The notes: a model not told the origin generated them from the letters alone. 64,000 bases of DNA from the human T2T-CHM13v2.0 reference genome, Homo sapiens (GCF_009914755.1 NC_060925.1), one strand, 5' to 3'. Positions 41,060 through 56,012 are shown, counted from the stretch's first letter. Program-made: numbers and translations.

Positions 41060-42990
41060 TGTTTTGTTTTTACCATGGATTGTCTTATCTTTCTTCACTT
41101 TTGAAAAATAGTGTAAATAGAACCCTTGATTGATAGTCTTCTTCCAGCACTTTTCATATGTCATTCCAGTATCTCTGGGTTCCATGGTTTCTGATGAGAC
41201 ATCAGTTGTTAATCTTATTAGGATTCCCTCATAATTGGTAGCATCTCTCTTTCTGCTTTCAAGATTCTCTTTGTTTTTCGACAGTTTGATTATGACGTGT
41301 TTAGGTATGTAACTTAGGGTTTATCCTACTCAGTGTTTGTTGAATTTCTTGGATGTTCAGGTTAATGCTTTTAATCAAGTTTAAGAAGATTTTGGCCATT
41401 ATCTTTTCAAATATTCTTTCCACCAATTTCTCTTTCTCCCCTTTTTTGGAATTTCCTTTGGGCATTTGTTGGCACACTTGATGTTGTTCCACAAGTGTCT
41501 GAGGGTTTATTCATTTTTCTTCATTCTTTTTTTTCTGTTCCTCAGGCTTGATAATTCCAATTATCCTATCTAAAAGATAGGCAACTCAACAGTTCAAATT
41601 TACCATTGTTCTCCTCTAGTAAATTTATTTTTTCCTTTCAGTTTTTATACTTTTCAACTCAAAATTTCTCTTGAATTTTTAAATATGCCTTCTATTCCTT
41701 TACTATTATTTTATATTTGGTGGGCCATTATTCTCATGTTGTCCTTTATTTCTTTAGGCATTGTTTACATTAGTTTTTTAATGCATTTATAACAAATTAT
41801 TTAAAGATTTCATGTAGTAAATCACACATTTATTTAGAGTACTAAGTATATGCTTCCTCAGAGACATTTTCTTTGGACCGCTTTATTTTTTCTGCATACA
41901 TGGCATACTTTTCTGTTCTGTGCATGTCACCAAATTCTTTGGAATTTTAAATAAAAGTGTGTAACACTTGAAATCCAAATACTTCTTCCCAGGGTTTTTG
42001 TTGTTTATTTTTGCTGTTTATTTTTGTTGTTGTTTGTGTTTCCTGTGTGGTGATTTTACTGGCCTTGTTCTGTAAAGCCTCGTTTGTCACATGTGGCTAC
42101 TGAAATCTCTGCTCAATTACCTTTCTATTTGACAATGTTTGATCAGAAGTTTTCTTAAATGCTTTGAACTAATAAATCTCCCAGCTTTTGTCAATAGGCT
42201 CTGTGTGGATTAGGGAATACTTTAACCACTTCAGCAGGCAGCATAGGGCTTTAACAACTTTGCTTTAGTCTTCACTTCTTGCTTGTATACAGCCTCAAGG
42301 TCAGTGAGACATGAGAGTTTAGGACCTCTTCAGGTTTTCCCTGGTCATACACAAAGACCAGCACATGGACATGAACTTCTAGATTTCTTGGAATCAGTCA
42401 GAGCTTTTCAAAGCCCTGTGGAAACTGTACTTAAAAAAAAAAAAAGAAAGGTTTTCTTCTTGAGATCATTGGTCAACCTTTTAGACAACTGCTATTGCTG
42501 CCTTAGGAGCTGAAATGTTCAACAATTGCCACTGATTGTTTCTGAGGAATGCAAACAGGATGGTGCTGTTTGCAGAGTGAATTCTGAGTCCAGTCAAAAA
42601 CAACCACAAAGACTGAAGCTTTTCAGGGAGCTCACATTTAAGTCAAATTGCTTCAATTTTCTGAGGATGAGCTCTTAGAGAGTTCCGAACCTGTTCTGCT
42701 CTCCCCGGTGGCTAGAAGACTGCTTGTTTTCACAGCTCCCGTAATTGTTAGGCTGTTGGTTTTCAAGGCAACAGCAGTTAGGGGGAAGGAGATGGCGATA
42801 AAACAAGTTAAAATGCTACAAAGCTTACTGTTCTCACTTGGATTCAGACATTTTTGTTGAATAAATGCTTACCAGATTTTTGAAAATTTTTGGTTAATTT
42901 CCAAATTCCTAAAAAACTAATATTGAAAATTGTTGCCATTGTTGCCATTGCTCTTGTGGAGGATTCTATTTTCAGAGATCTGTACTCCAC
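41060..42990 (-). mobile_element. Old L1M (MC/MD-like) 5'UTR and ORF1 fragment
   Basis: ORF 41301-41492 (ERIFEKIMAKIFLNLIKSINLNIQEIQQTLSRINPK) is ORF1p-like. Confidence 0.8.
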
Positions 42991-44199
42991 CATTCTGGAT
43001 TTGCTTCTTTATGTAGAATTTAAATGTATAATCAATATGGACCTATAAATGAGTAGAGAATTCTTTTGACATTGGTGTTCAGAAAGGTAAGTTATGTGGA
43101 GAAACATTCAACTTGTTTCTTAAATGACGCCATGTCCAAAAGTGATTTACGTTTAATAATAAATATGAAGGATGAAGTATTCAGTTAATATATAGTATAT
43201 AAAAATATATTTGTAATCCAGGGGTAAGGAAGAAATTCAAAATTCCCAAAGCACAACCTTAAGGTAAATCTATGACTGTGATTAAATAAAGTGAAGTTTT
43301 TCTGTACAATAAAGCATCCCAGGTATACATATGACAGATAGATTATAAATTTGGAAGAAGTATCTATAATTTCTAAAACCAGTAGGTAATATATAGGATA
43401 TCAAGACATTTTCTGCAGTTTGGCAAGAAAAGAAGATACTGTAATATAAAAATTGCAAGTAATGTGAATAGAAAATTTATAAAAGGGGAAATCCAAACAA
43501 TAAACACATTAGAAACCAAAGAACCAGAAATATCAATGAGAAGTTGCGTATGGTCATTTGAGTGGCAAAATTACAAAGTGAGATGAACCATTTGTTAGTG
43601 ATTATGTGAACATATGATAATTCTTATGACTCACTTGTACAAGTGCTGATAGATGTAACTATATTGAAGAATAATCTTTTAAAACTTGTTCAGATTAGGT
43701 GAACTCATGGCATCAGATTCAGAAAGTTTGCTTTGGTTTTATATGCAAAAGGAACTCCCACACAGGTGCGTATGGAAACAACAAATGTAGTTATTCACTA
43801 CAAAAATGTGTAGCTAAATACTTTTGAGTAAATAAAAACATTATTAGAGGTTTATATTTGAAAACTATTTATGTGTGAAATATACATAGGACTAGTAGAG
43901 CAATGGAAAGCAGAGAATTTAGGTGAAAAATTGGCTGGATTTTCACATTATCTTACGAGAAAAGCAAAAGCTTAGGCAAAAGACAAGGAAAGCTGTGCAT
44001 GCATGTACTGCATTGTGCTTAAGAAATGAGCTATGTGGTTCTGTACTCTACTGTAATTAAGTGAGATGTTAATACAATTATGTGCAAAGAAAAGATAGAC
44101 TTTATCTAATCATATAAATATAGAAAGAGAAGAGTTAAAGGAGCATGGAAGAAAACAGAAAGCTAAAGGATTAGAATCAGAGGGAAGATGCCTGTTAAA

Positions 44200-44422
44200 A
44201 AAAGAACGTTTTCACCTTCTCTGTGTCCCCAGAGAAATTCGTAGATTTCTCTACCACAGTACTTCAGTTCACTGTTGTTATTATTTGTATGCTATGATCT
44301 TCTCATCTGCACTGAAGAATATTCCAGAGAAGAAACCATGTTTCTTTGCCTGTATAGCTGCAGTTTCTGGTATAGTGGCTGACACATAGTTGGTTCTCGA
44401 CAAATCTGGGCTGAGTTAATAC
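44200..44422 (+). mobile_element. L2 3' end fragment
   Basis: ctggtatagtggctgacacatagttggttctcgacaaat. Confidence 0.6.
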
Positions 44423-44610
44423 ATTGCCTGATTATAGAAGAGATGCCAGACTGACTCTGTGCTTAATCTCTTGTAGTAAAAGCTTTTGATCCCCCTATAA
44501 CAACTTTAGCAACCTGCCCCTGACCCTACCTCTAAGCTGTTGTGTTTGTGGGGTAATGGTTTACACCTTCACTCTTCTCTGGAGATTTGCCATTAGTTTA
44601 AAGGAGGCCT

Positions 44611-44896
44611 TAATCCCAGCACTTTGGGAGGCCGAGGCGGGCGGATCATGAGGTCAGGAGATCGAGACCATCCTGGCTAACACGGTGAAACCCCGTCTCT
44701 ACTAAAAATACAAAAAATTAGCCGGGCGAGGTGGCGGGCGCCTGTAGTCCCAGCTACTTGGGAGGCTGAGGCAGGAGAATGGCGTGAACCCCAGGGGGCG
44801 GAGCCTGCAGTGAGCCGAGATTGCGCCACTGCACTCCAGCCTGGGCGACAGCGAGACTCTGTCTCAAAAAAAAATAAAAATAAAAATAAAAAAAAA
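44611..44896 (+). mobile_element. Young AluY (AluYe-like), 5'-truncated
   Basis: CpG-rich. Diagnostics gggcgaggtggcg, gaaccccagggggcggagcctg and gggcgacagcgagact. TSD taaaggaggc(c/t)t at 44599-44610 and 44897-44908. Confidence 0.93.
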
Positions 44897-47136
44897 TAAA
44901 GGAGGCTTACAAGATGTTGTTGTATACTCAGTCTGACATCAGTTTTATTATTATTTGAAAAAATTGAGCAGCAACGGTTAACATAGTTCCAGAATAATTA
45001 ATATTAAATTTATAAGATTCACATGTAGGTCCAATTTAATTATGCACAGTAAAATTTGTACAAGCATGCACAGCATCTCAACCATAAGTGGTACGTATTA
45101 TTTCTAGAAAAAGCATTGTTTCTAAATTAATGTCGCCTTATTAAAGATTCATGTCTTTAAGGAGAAAAATATTATAATTTTTCATAATTGATTCTCTACT
45201 AAAACAAATCTTCAATTTTTGAAAATATAGGGATTATATTGACTTGCAAATCTGTTTTATTAGAGAAGCAATATATCATTTAGTTTCAGAGTTTATGAGA
45301 CCAGTTAATATTAAAATGTTGGAAAAGTAGCATGACAAACTGCAATTTCTTTACTGCTCTCCACTCAAAGCAATTAATGTATTCAAATAGGTTAGAAACA
45401 ACTTTCTGTTATCAGTGGAAATATTTAATCATGTTACCTACCCACATAATAGTTCAAGATGCCGAGACTCATTTAAATAGCAACCTGGATTGTTCAGAAT
45501 TCAGTTAATTATTTTATTTGGCTGTCAGTATGCAACTCTTATTTCAAGTTTCTAAAAAAAAAACACTGTAAGCAGGATAGCTTTAGAATGCTGCGGTGAT
45601 ATTGCTAACTTCCAGGTATGTCAGTAACAATTTCAGGGAAAAAAAAACGTTATGTACAAAAGCATTTTTTTTTCCTTTCCTATTTTTCTTTCTTTCTTTT
45701 TTTTAATTTAGAAGTCAGGCAGGCAATAGAAATTACTCCTTTTTCAGAAGTAGAAGACTATGGTTGGGGATATCAATGATGTTCCAGTATTTGTCACTTT
45801 GGCCCTTTAAAATCCACTTCAATGATGCAACTGTTTATTTTATTTTTGATGAGTGATTCTTAGTAAAGAGGAATCATGGGCTCTGTGGAAAGAATAGATT
45901 GAAAATTTCAGATTCATTGAAGTAATCAAAATGAATTCACTATTGGATTAAGCATCTCTTTTACATCAAGGATAATATTAAAATTCAGAATCAATGTTGA
46001 TGTAGCAGCACAAAAATTATTGAAAATTAAAATTGAATATATTATTTTATAATAAATGGATATAATTTTTCCTTATAAAATCAGTCATCTTTCCATGACA
46101 TTGTATGAAAATTACAGTGTTCTAACATAATAGGTTTAAGAAAAAATAAGGTAAGGAAGACAATGAAACTGAGTTATAAATGCTAGCTCCTGAAGCAGAA
46201 TAGTGCTACAAAATGTGGAAGACATTTATAGAGAAAAATTAGAGATACACATAAATAAAGCGTTCAATTGCACTTGCTAGTCTATCATATCACTTTCCCA
46301 GTAATTAGATTTTGTGAACCCAGTACAGTATCTTACAATAAGTATTTCTTCATATGTGGCACTTTTATGGGAGCAATAAAAATATGAAAGACGCAAAACG
46401 TATATGAATATTTCCTTGCTTTTAGGAAATAATCACATTTCCCAGGTAAATGCAGAGGGTTAGGTTAAAAAAATGAAGAGTAATTTAATGTGACAGAAGA
46501 CTAAAACAACTTCTTGTAAACCACATAGGACAGGTTTCACTGCTCAAGTCCTGGTAGTGCAAATTCATTTAATGTCCCCAGAGCCAGTTCTAACAGAGTT
46601 GACACCAGAATGATTCAGAAGTTAATCCCTGTATGTACTCACTACGGAGATTCAAAGCCTGGGTGATATTTAGAAATCTTCTTATATTTCCTACACATAG
46701 TGCTGTCTCAATTTTGAAGGAGAATATCAAACAAATTCATATAAAATACTGAGAAGTCAATAAAACACATATGTAAGTTTATTCTCCAGTTGAAAAATAA
46801 ACTTATACTATGATTGGAAGTGCCATAAAATAATATGAAGTAATTTTGTTAAGAGAATGCATTTTGTGTTACCAAATTATTTTCCTATAATTTTGATAGA
46901 AAAGATTTCATCTATACATTTCCTGTAAGTATACACCTAATTCATGATTAAGTTTATATGCAGTATTCTTACAAAATGTACAACCTGCATTATCTCCATC
47001 TTTTTCTTGTGTTGAGTCAAAGAATTTAGAATAAATACTCTTATGGCCAGAATTAAGAAGAAATTATGTAATTTTAGAAATTTTGTTTAATTGCATAGCA
47101 TGTTAATATGTACCTGAAGATACGTGAAAATACATG

Positions 47137-48622
47137 TGTGGTGGTTTTAAAGTGGCTATGAGTAATTTGAAACTTCCATCATTAAGAAGATTATTTGTTT
47201 TTCTGCTATTGAGATTTAGGAGTTCCTTATGCATTTTGGATATTAATCCCTGTTATACTATCTTAATTACTATAGAATTGTAACATATTCTGAAATCAGC
47301 AAATGTTATGTCTCCAGCATTGCTCTTTCTCAAGACTGTTTTGAATTAGACAAAGAGCTTAAACAGATATTTTTCTAAAGAAGGTATACAAATGTCCAAC
47401 AAGTATAAGAAAAGATGTTCAGTATCACAAATCATCAGGGAAATGCAAATCAAGACTACAATGAGATATCATTTGCCACCTATTAGAATGGCTTTTACCA
47501 AACAAACAAAAAATTCAAAAAGATAACAAGTGTTGATGAGGATGTAAATACATTGAAACCTTTATACATTATTGAAGGGAATGTAGCATGGTGCAGCCAC
47601 TGTAAAAAAAACATGCGGTGTACCCTTAAAACATTAAAAATAGTTCTGCCGTATGATCCAGCAATCCTATTTCTGTATATAGCCAAAGGAATTCAAATCA
47701 GGATCTCAAAATATATCTGCACTTCCCTGTTCATTGCAGCATTACTCACAATAGTCAAGTCACAGAAATAACCTAAACGACCATCATTGGTTGAATAGAT
47801 AAAGAAAATGTGGTGCACACATAGAATATTCAACGTTAAAAAAAGAAGGAAATTCTGCCATATACAACATGAGTGAACCTGGAAGACATTATGCTAAGTG
47901 AAATTAGCCACTCATAGAAAGACAAGTGCTGCGTAATTCCACTTATATGAAATATCAAAAGTAGGCAAACTCATAGAAGCAGAGAGTAGAATTAAGGGGT
48001 TAGAGGGTAGAGGAAATAGGAAATTACTATTCAATGGACATAAAGTTTCAGTTACATAAGTTCTAGAGATCTGCTATACTATATTTTGCCCATAGTTAAC
48101 AATACTCTGTTAGGCGCTCAAAAATTTATTAAGAGGGTGTAGCTCAGGTTAAGTGTTCTTACCACAAAACTGGACAGGCTTGTGACTGTTTAAACCAATA
48201 GAAAATGACACAAGCGATATTATGTGAGTTCTGAAACTAGGCCCTAAAAGGTGATGCCGTTTTCACCTGGATTTTTGAATCACCAGCTTTGCATATATTT
48301 GCTTAGTATGTTTCATCTTGAAACAAAGTCACCATGATCAGGTGAGTCCAAGCCACATGAAGACATTACATCTCTGGTTGAGAGATCCAAGTAAGCCCTT
48401 AGAGTCATCCTAGTTAATGGGTCAGATATGGGAATAAAGAAGGCTCCAGATTTCAGCCTTCGGGTTTTCTAGACATTACCAGTTATGATGGGGCAGAGAC
48501 ACACCATCTCTGCTGGGTCCCGTTAAATTCCCTCACTCACTGCTCTTAAGCACAGTGAAAAGATTGTTGTGTGATGGCATGAAATTTGAAATGGTTTGCA
48601 CATAACAATAATAATTAGAACA
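47137..48622 (+). mobile_element. MLT1-type LTR split by an L1 insertion
   Basis: tgtggtggttttaaagtggct...cattaagaag | ggcttgtgactgtttaaaccaatagaa...aataataattagaaca. Confidence 0.7.
47190..48169 (+). mobile_element. L1MA9-like 3' end (47345-48169) with inverted ORF2 segment(s) at 47190-47344
   Basis: 3' end aagagggtgtagctcaggttaagtgttcttaccacaaaa. ORF 47553-47771 (LPYDPAILFL..LFIAALLTIVK). Antisense gagttccttatgcattttggatattaatccc. Confidence 0.85.
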
Positions 48623-51390
48623 ATATGTACATTCAATGAGTTTTAAAATTAAAATTAAATGTTAACTCATTCCTATATTATAAAAAAGTTATAAGCCTAC
48701 TGTTATAAACTCCAAATCATGGGAAGACTTTTTTTCTGAAAGTAGAAATAAAATGTTATTGATAAATATATAATTCAAGGCCAAGGCACGCTTTGAAATG
48801 AAGAAACTTATATGGAGTAGTTAGTATTTTATAGTTAGAAGGCTGTGATCTAGAAACAGAAAAGACAAGACAATCCAACAACTCCCCAAGGAAAAAAGAC
48901 ATCAAAATATTAAAAAATTTACATAAAATAGAAATTTATAAAATGTTTTACAATAAATGAAAGATCTCTTTCATCTAACTATGAGCAAAGTGCAAATACT
49001 AAATTGTTATGAATTCCAATATTATTTTCATTTCTATCTTTAAGCAGCAATATTTAAATAATCCTTGGAGGTAGAGCCTAATAAAGCAGATTTAGCATTT
49101 GTGTGTGGGTGTGTGTGCACTCAAGGAGACAAATGTTTTACTAATAACGAAAAACTAAAAAATAAAAGCCAGAAAATATAAACAAATATAAAATATGCAT
49201 TATAATTCATTTTATAAAAGAATGAATGACCTGATACATAATACATGTGGACTTGAAAAGTTTAATGAGTATGAGTAATTGTGACCTCTCTAGGGATGTG
49301 ACATTTAATCTGAGATCTGAAACATTGAAGGAAACCAGCTGTGCAAAATTCCTGGTGGAGATTATTTCAGGTGCTGGTCCATGAAGCCCTAAAGCTCTTC
49401 CACAAGAAAAAAAAAATGCTAATTCTATATCTTAGTCCAATGAGAATGGAACAGTAGCTTAGTGAACACTAGTGAGATAAAGCATATCAAGTATGTTGAA
49501 ATCATCTTATCTAAAAATTAGTAGCTATACTTATTTTTTCTGAAGATGTGCATTCAGAGACTGCCAGGCAGTGTTTATAATGCCATTAATATTCACAGAA
49601 AATCCTTTCTTGCCATTTTAGATATTGACTTGGAATTGTTTGTATTGGCTGATTTTGCACTCTAAAATACAAGGGATTTTTTTAAGTGGCATCATTAATA
49701 TACTGTCTGTAATTTATTAAATAGAAAACAAATGTCTTCAAAAGGACAGGAAGCTATATAGTAACAGATTTGTAGAGACCCTGACAGCTGTTCCCTAGGG
49801 CACTTTTTAATCAGCGCTAATTGGGAAGGAAATTTACTGCTGAGTAAAGGGCATCTTTTACATGAAAGAAAGTAATCAACTCGAGGTATTATTTTCTGTT
49901 CACTAGAAAGCAGTAAGTGTTCTAAACTTTCACTTAAACTTTTTCTTTAAAAGACACTTAAGTTTCTAAATGTTTCTACAACTTCCTCAAAGACAAGAAA
50001 CAGTGAAAATGTAATCAATAATTTGTAGAATGTGATTATAATTGATGAATTTTACTTCTTTTCTTTCAGAAACTCTACAAAATCCAAATATATGTAAACA
50101 AACAATGTTACTATTTCTTCAAAAACAGTGTTCATTACAAAACACATTGGAATATGGAAATAAATCAAGGAAATATTTTGAGATCTCAGTGTCATGATGT
50201 GTGTGTTTGTGTGTGTGTTTTCTATGTATTCTAATGTTTAACATGTTTATTAACAGTCTTTAATAATGACAAACTAAATCAAAATATCTTGTATTTTGAT
50301 ATATTTAGAATTAAAGTTATATGTAACTACTACTTATTTATTATCTATTACTTCATTGTCCATAATAAAGTAACCCCTAAGTCAAATTGATCTCTCCCTC
50401 ACCCTGACCCTTAGTCTATCTTCTCTGTTTTGTGCTACAGTCAATATGTATTTAAGTTTCATGTCAAATGGTCAGATGGTCAGACCTTGTGTTGTTCCTG
50501 TTGTCAGTCTGTTTTTTTTCTTTTTTAACTAATTGTTCTTGTCAAATTAATCTTTATAAAATGACTTTATCCAAGACACTCTCCTGTTCAATAAACCATA
50601 AAAGTACGTTATTGCTATTGAATTATGTCTTACCTTAAGGTCCTGACATCCAGAAAACTTAAAAAATACCCTAAATAACTTTCTGCTATTTTCAAACATG
50701 AATTCTGCTGTAGCTAGAAATGTCTTATTATTCTCTTTTCACTGTAAACACATGTCCTAAGGAAATAAAAAGAAGTAAATTCCCATCTCTCTTTTTAAAG
50801 AAATGCTACAATTCTTACATCTGTCCTGCACACATGGAAATGTATTTTAAATATATGAAGTTAACTTTCCATTGTGATGTGTGTTTGACTTTTCTCCTTT
50901 ATGAAATACTATATTTAACTGAATGCAAAAAAATTCTAGTTATACTTAAAGACAAGAGTAAACATATTCCTTTTATAAGGTTAGTCTCTCTTCTATGGTG
51001 TATATAATGTTCTTGATAGTTTAGCAAAGCAACTCTAGGAAACATGTCCTAATTGACAAAATAAAATCTAGAAGTACCTCAAAGATATTATCAGGTAACC
51101 ATTCATTTTCTACTTTTCACCCTATTATTTTGTGTTCTTCTCTTCAGCTCAGAAGTACTGTCTCTAATTTTACTGACCCACTGAATTTGGCCAAAGATTT
51201 TCAGATGTTGATATCTCTGTAGTGTTTAGTTTTACCCCATTGTTTGATTTTTATTTTGGTTATTGCCTTGGATGACTTATTGCTCAAGCTTCAAGCCCAT
51301 AAGATATCAATTCCTGAGTGTTACAGAATTGTTATAGGATAACAATTATAACTGTCATAGAATTTATATTTCTTACCATCAGGTAAGTTT

Positions 51391-51687
<297 letters not shown>

Positions 51688-51924
51688 ACCATCAGGTAAG
51701 TTTATGTGGATGGTAAGAATTATAAATTCTCTAACAGTTCTGTAACACTCAGGATTTGGCATTTTATGCCTTAGATATATCCAGGTATTCTTTTGCTGTA
51801 TATTTTCAGATGTAGTCAGGTATTCTTTTTCTCCAGCAGAGTTAAGGTATTAATTTTCTGGGTCAGATGAAATGGAAAAATTGATAAGATATTGATAAAT
51901 AAGGTAGGATTAATGCAGGAAGCA

Positions 51925-53225
51925 TTCATTTGCCTGTTCAAAATATTTGTTGCATACTCACTGTGTCTAGCATTGTTTCAGTATTCAGGATACAATTGTA
52001 AACAAAACAGAAAAAACAGTCTATCTTCTTAGATCATTATGCTGGAGGATAAAGAGAGACATAAGAAAAATAAGATTACTATAGACTACCTCTATCAGTG
52101 GCAGAATAAATATTTAAAAAGAGTGAAGGAGGAATACTACAAAGTTGGGATATGTGTGAACATGTTTGATAGAATGACTATAGAAGGCCTAACTGAGAAT
52201 GTGAGTTTTTGAGTGAAACTGTGAGGCAAAAGCCCTTAAGATGAAGAACGGCTGGTGTACTCAAAGGACAGCAAGGAGGAGGCTGAAGTGGTTGAAATAG
52301 AAAGAAAAGAATGGAAAAAGTAAGAGCTGAGATTAATGTGGCAATATGAATTCAGGTCATGCAGGGTCATAAGTACTTTGGATTTTACTATGAGAGAGAC
52401 ACAAAGCCATTAGGAGTATTTAAAGAGAAATAACATTATTTCATATATAACATACTTGTAAAAACTCTGGGAGCTGTGTTGAGAAGGATCAGGAAAGCTA
52501 AAACAAAAAAAACCTGTATATATGGCTACTATACAATGCAGACAAAAGATTGTTTCTTAAACCAGGAAAAAGATAGTAGACAGAGTTATAATGGCCAAAT
52601 TATAGATAAATTTTGTTGGATACTGTCCATCATGATTTACTGCACACTAGATCTAGAAAATGAAAAAAAGGAGAGGAATCAAAGATAACAAGATTTTAAC
52701 CTAATTAACTGGAATGTAGATGGCATTAGCTGAGATGGAATTACTCTAGGAGGAGCTGGATTGGGGGTTGAAATATCAAGAAATTAAGTGATATGTATTA
52801 GCCATTGAAATAAGTAACAAGAGATAAACTCCAGAGTTTAAATTGAGAGTCTGGCCTGGAAATATACATTTCTGAGTTCATTAGCATCTGAACTGTATTA
52901 AAGCCACAATTCTAGTTAAAATCAACTAAGGAGTTAGTGTAAACAGAAGAGAGAGTGGGTAAAGCATTAAAACTCTGGGTTATTTAACATTTATTAAGTG
53001 GAGTAATGAGAAGAAAATAGAAAAATACAGTTACGAATACTTTCCAAAGTGGAAGAAGAAAAGCCAGGTGGCTCTGACGTTCAGGAAGCCATAGGGAAAA
53101 AGGGTTTAAGATGTAAAGAATAATCCTCCCTGACAATCAGGTAGGTTAAGTATTGAGAAATAACTACCCTTTTAGCAACATGGGGAACATTGGCATCTTT
53201 GGCAAGGGCAATTTTGTAGTAGTGG
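51925..53225 (-). mobile_element. L2a fragment
   Basis: attcatttgcctgttcaaaatatttgttgcatactcactgtgtctagca...; ttggattttactatgag; purine-rich antisense L2 body. Confidence 0.75.
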
Positions 53226-56012
53226 TAAGGGTTGGCTATTCTTTTTTAAATTATTTTTATTTAGTTTAGAATTGATTCTTTCCTCCAAGAGGGAGCAAAT
53301 TTTCTTTAAGTAGAACTTCCTAATTAATTAACTTTTTTTTTTTTACTATTACCAAATATCTAAATGTGTGATGATCCTTCCTACTTAGACATAGTCAGCT
53401 TTACCTTCAGTCACCTCTCTAATTTAACTACCTTTAAAATGAAGTTTTTGTATTCTGAAACATAAATCAGTTTCTCCATATTTCCCCATTATTTGGTGAA
53501 CTATGAAAATTAATATAATAATTATCTCAACAATTAATGATAGAGACTGGATTTTTTTAATCTCCCCTCAGCCATTGGAGGGAGATTCCTCTTACTCTTC
53601 TGAACAGCGCTTTATTTTGTATTTGCTCAAAAGGTAAAACTTAGTTACATAATGTTATTACATTGTAAATGTAAATTATTTAAGTATACTTAGAGCTAAA
53701 CTAATCAAGAGGAGTGATAAAACTTTAAATAAAAGCATATAATTAAAGTAATGTTGAAAATATTAAAAAGATGTATTTGTAACTTTCCACACGTGGGATT
53801 AAATGCTACTGCTTAATCACAATTAATAAACCTATGACAGAACAAGAAAATGTAAATGTTTTACTCAATACATAACTGAAGGAATTAAATTCTAGAAGCA
53901 GGATTTATTGATGATTTATAAAAATCAATCTCTTTAAAAGACATTTTAAGGATATAAACAAGCATTGTGGTTACCCAAGGCAAAATTAAGCATAAAAACA
54001 TATTGCCTCTGAGGCAGAACAAAATCGCTTCTTGCAGGGAACAATATTGCAGAGTCGCAGCATGAGCCATGAATTCTATTTCAGGGAAGAGACTGAGAAA
54101 AAGAAAAACACATTAATAATAAGTTTCTGTCCATGATCACAGAAATCTAAATTTCCTGGCTTCGATACATGTGATGGAGTAAGAAAACTATACTTGCTAT
54201 ATATTTTCTGAAAGCTAACTGGTATCAAGTTTCCACTATTAAATGACCTCATGCATTTGTTTACCTTAAAAATAAATTAATTATTAGGATTAAGTGCTAA
54301 GACTATTTTATCTTCCTTCTTTAAGTTGGAATAGAGATAATTCTATTGTTTTGCATCTTACAAGTCATAGAGGAAAAAAACTGTGATTTTAAAATGTGTT
54401 CATGGTAGTATTTGGAGTAGGTGATGGTCTCATGGCACAGCATCGTAACAAATTTTTTGTAATAGCAAGTAATCTTTTGTTATTTATTTTTCCTTTAATG
54501 TATGTGTTTGTACTACCTTGCCTCCCTCCTCTGTCTCCTGTACCTGTATTGGTTTAAATCAGAATAAGAGTTTGAATTAGCAGTTTCTCTTAAACCATGC
54601 AGAAATTGTATCATATAGCTGAACGAGTGCATGAATGATTTGGACTATACCTCAGCCACTGGAGTGTACTACCCTGGAGTATTTAATCATCCAACAGTGT
54701 AATCAGTTCTGGGTCTGAAAGCCAGCTGACTTTCCAATATGGGATTTTTATTTTGCTGCACATTTTGTTATTGTGTCACCTGGATTGCTTTACTATTTTT
54801 TTTACAAGTTCCTTAAAAGCACACATTTTTTTGCTCTCAGATAATGAAAAAAGCAAAGGAATAGCAATATCCAGAAAAAAAAAAAAACCAGCTGAATACA
54901 CATAATCATCATGAAACTTCACACTGTGATATATTATCTTTGATGCCATAGAGCAGATGTACTATATTTAGTTTTAATATCTTGGAAACAGCATGGATTC
55001 AAATTTGTGCATTCATCAGTCCTCATAGGAAACTATTTCTTTTTCCATACTTTTTTTCTTTTCACATTTACCGAGGATGTATTCTCTCTTTTTATCTCAA
55101 ATGATCCTTTTTTCTATGCGTTTCTACAGATGCTAGAAAGTTTCCATTGAAACCTTTCTAAAATTCTGAATTCATCCACCATTTTTTTTCCTTTTATGAA
55201 ATTATTCCGTTTAAAGCTTTAAAATTTTTTTTCACTTCAAAATTATTTAATTTATTTAAAGATAGAAAATCTTTGTGGACAAAATTTTACTTGAGGCTTC
55301 CCCTGTGGAATTACCATTTAGGTTTTAAGTCACTTTCTTCCATGCTGAGGTATTTGATTAAGTGAATACGTAATTTTCCTTAACGTCTCTGCGGATCTCT
55401 ATGCTTATTATAATTAGCTTCTTTGGCACCAATTTTAGGGGAGAATTGCTCCTCTATAGCTTCCTTGATGTGGAAATTATTTTGAAAAGTACACGGCATG
55501 ACCTTAGCAGATGTTCTGAATTTGTTACATTATTTTTGTATGGTGTCCCAGTCCCACCTCTTTTTATTCATACCAACTAAGGAAACATACCAACTAAACA
55601 ATAGGACACTTTACAATACAATATCACTTTCTCTCATTTAATATTAAGGGTGTATTGTCAGATTTGTAAATAAGGCTAATGTATGTAATGTAATGTAAAT
55701 AAGGCTTCCCTATTTAAGTCTGTCAAAGTTTTCATAGTCACTATTACTATCATTTAAAGATGAAGACGACCTCTAATACTAACAAACTATTCTAAAAGAA
55801 TAGCTTTGACTTTAGAACCACTAAATTTCAATATTGGTCATGAACAAAACTCTAGTAGAAATTTTACCGTGCAAAACTTGATATTTCATTACTGGATGAA
55901 ACTGTAATTTTGATTTTAAACTACTGGTGTATCACAGCAAATCTCAAAACCCTAGAAAACACAGGAAAACTGTGCAAACAATTATTATTGAAACAATACA
56001 AGGAATTTAACT

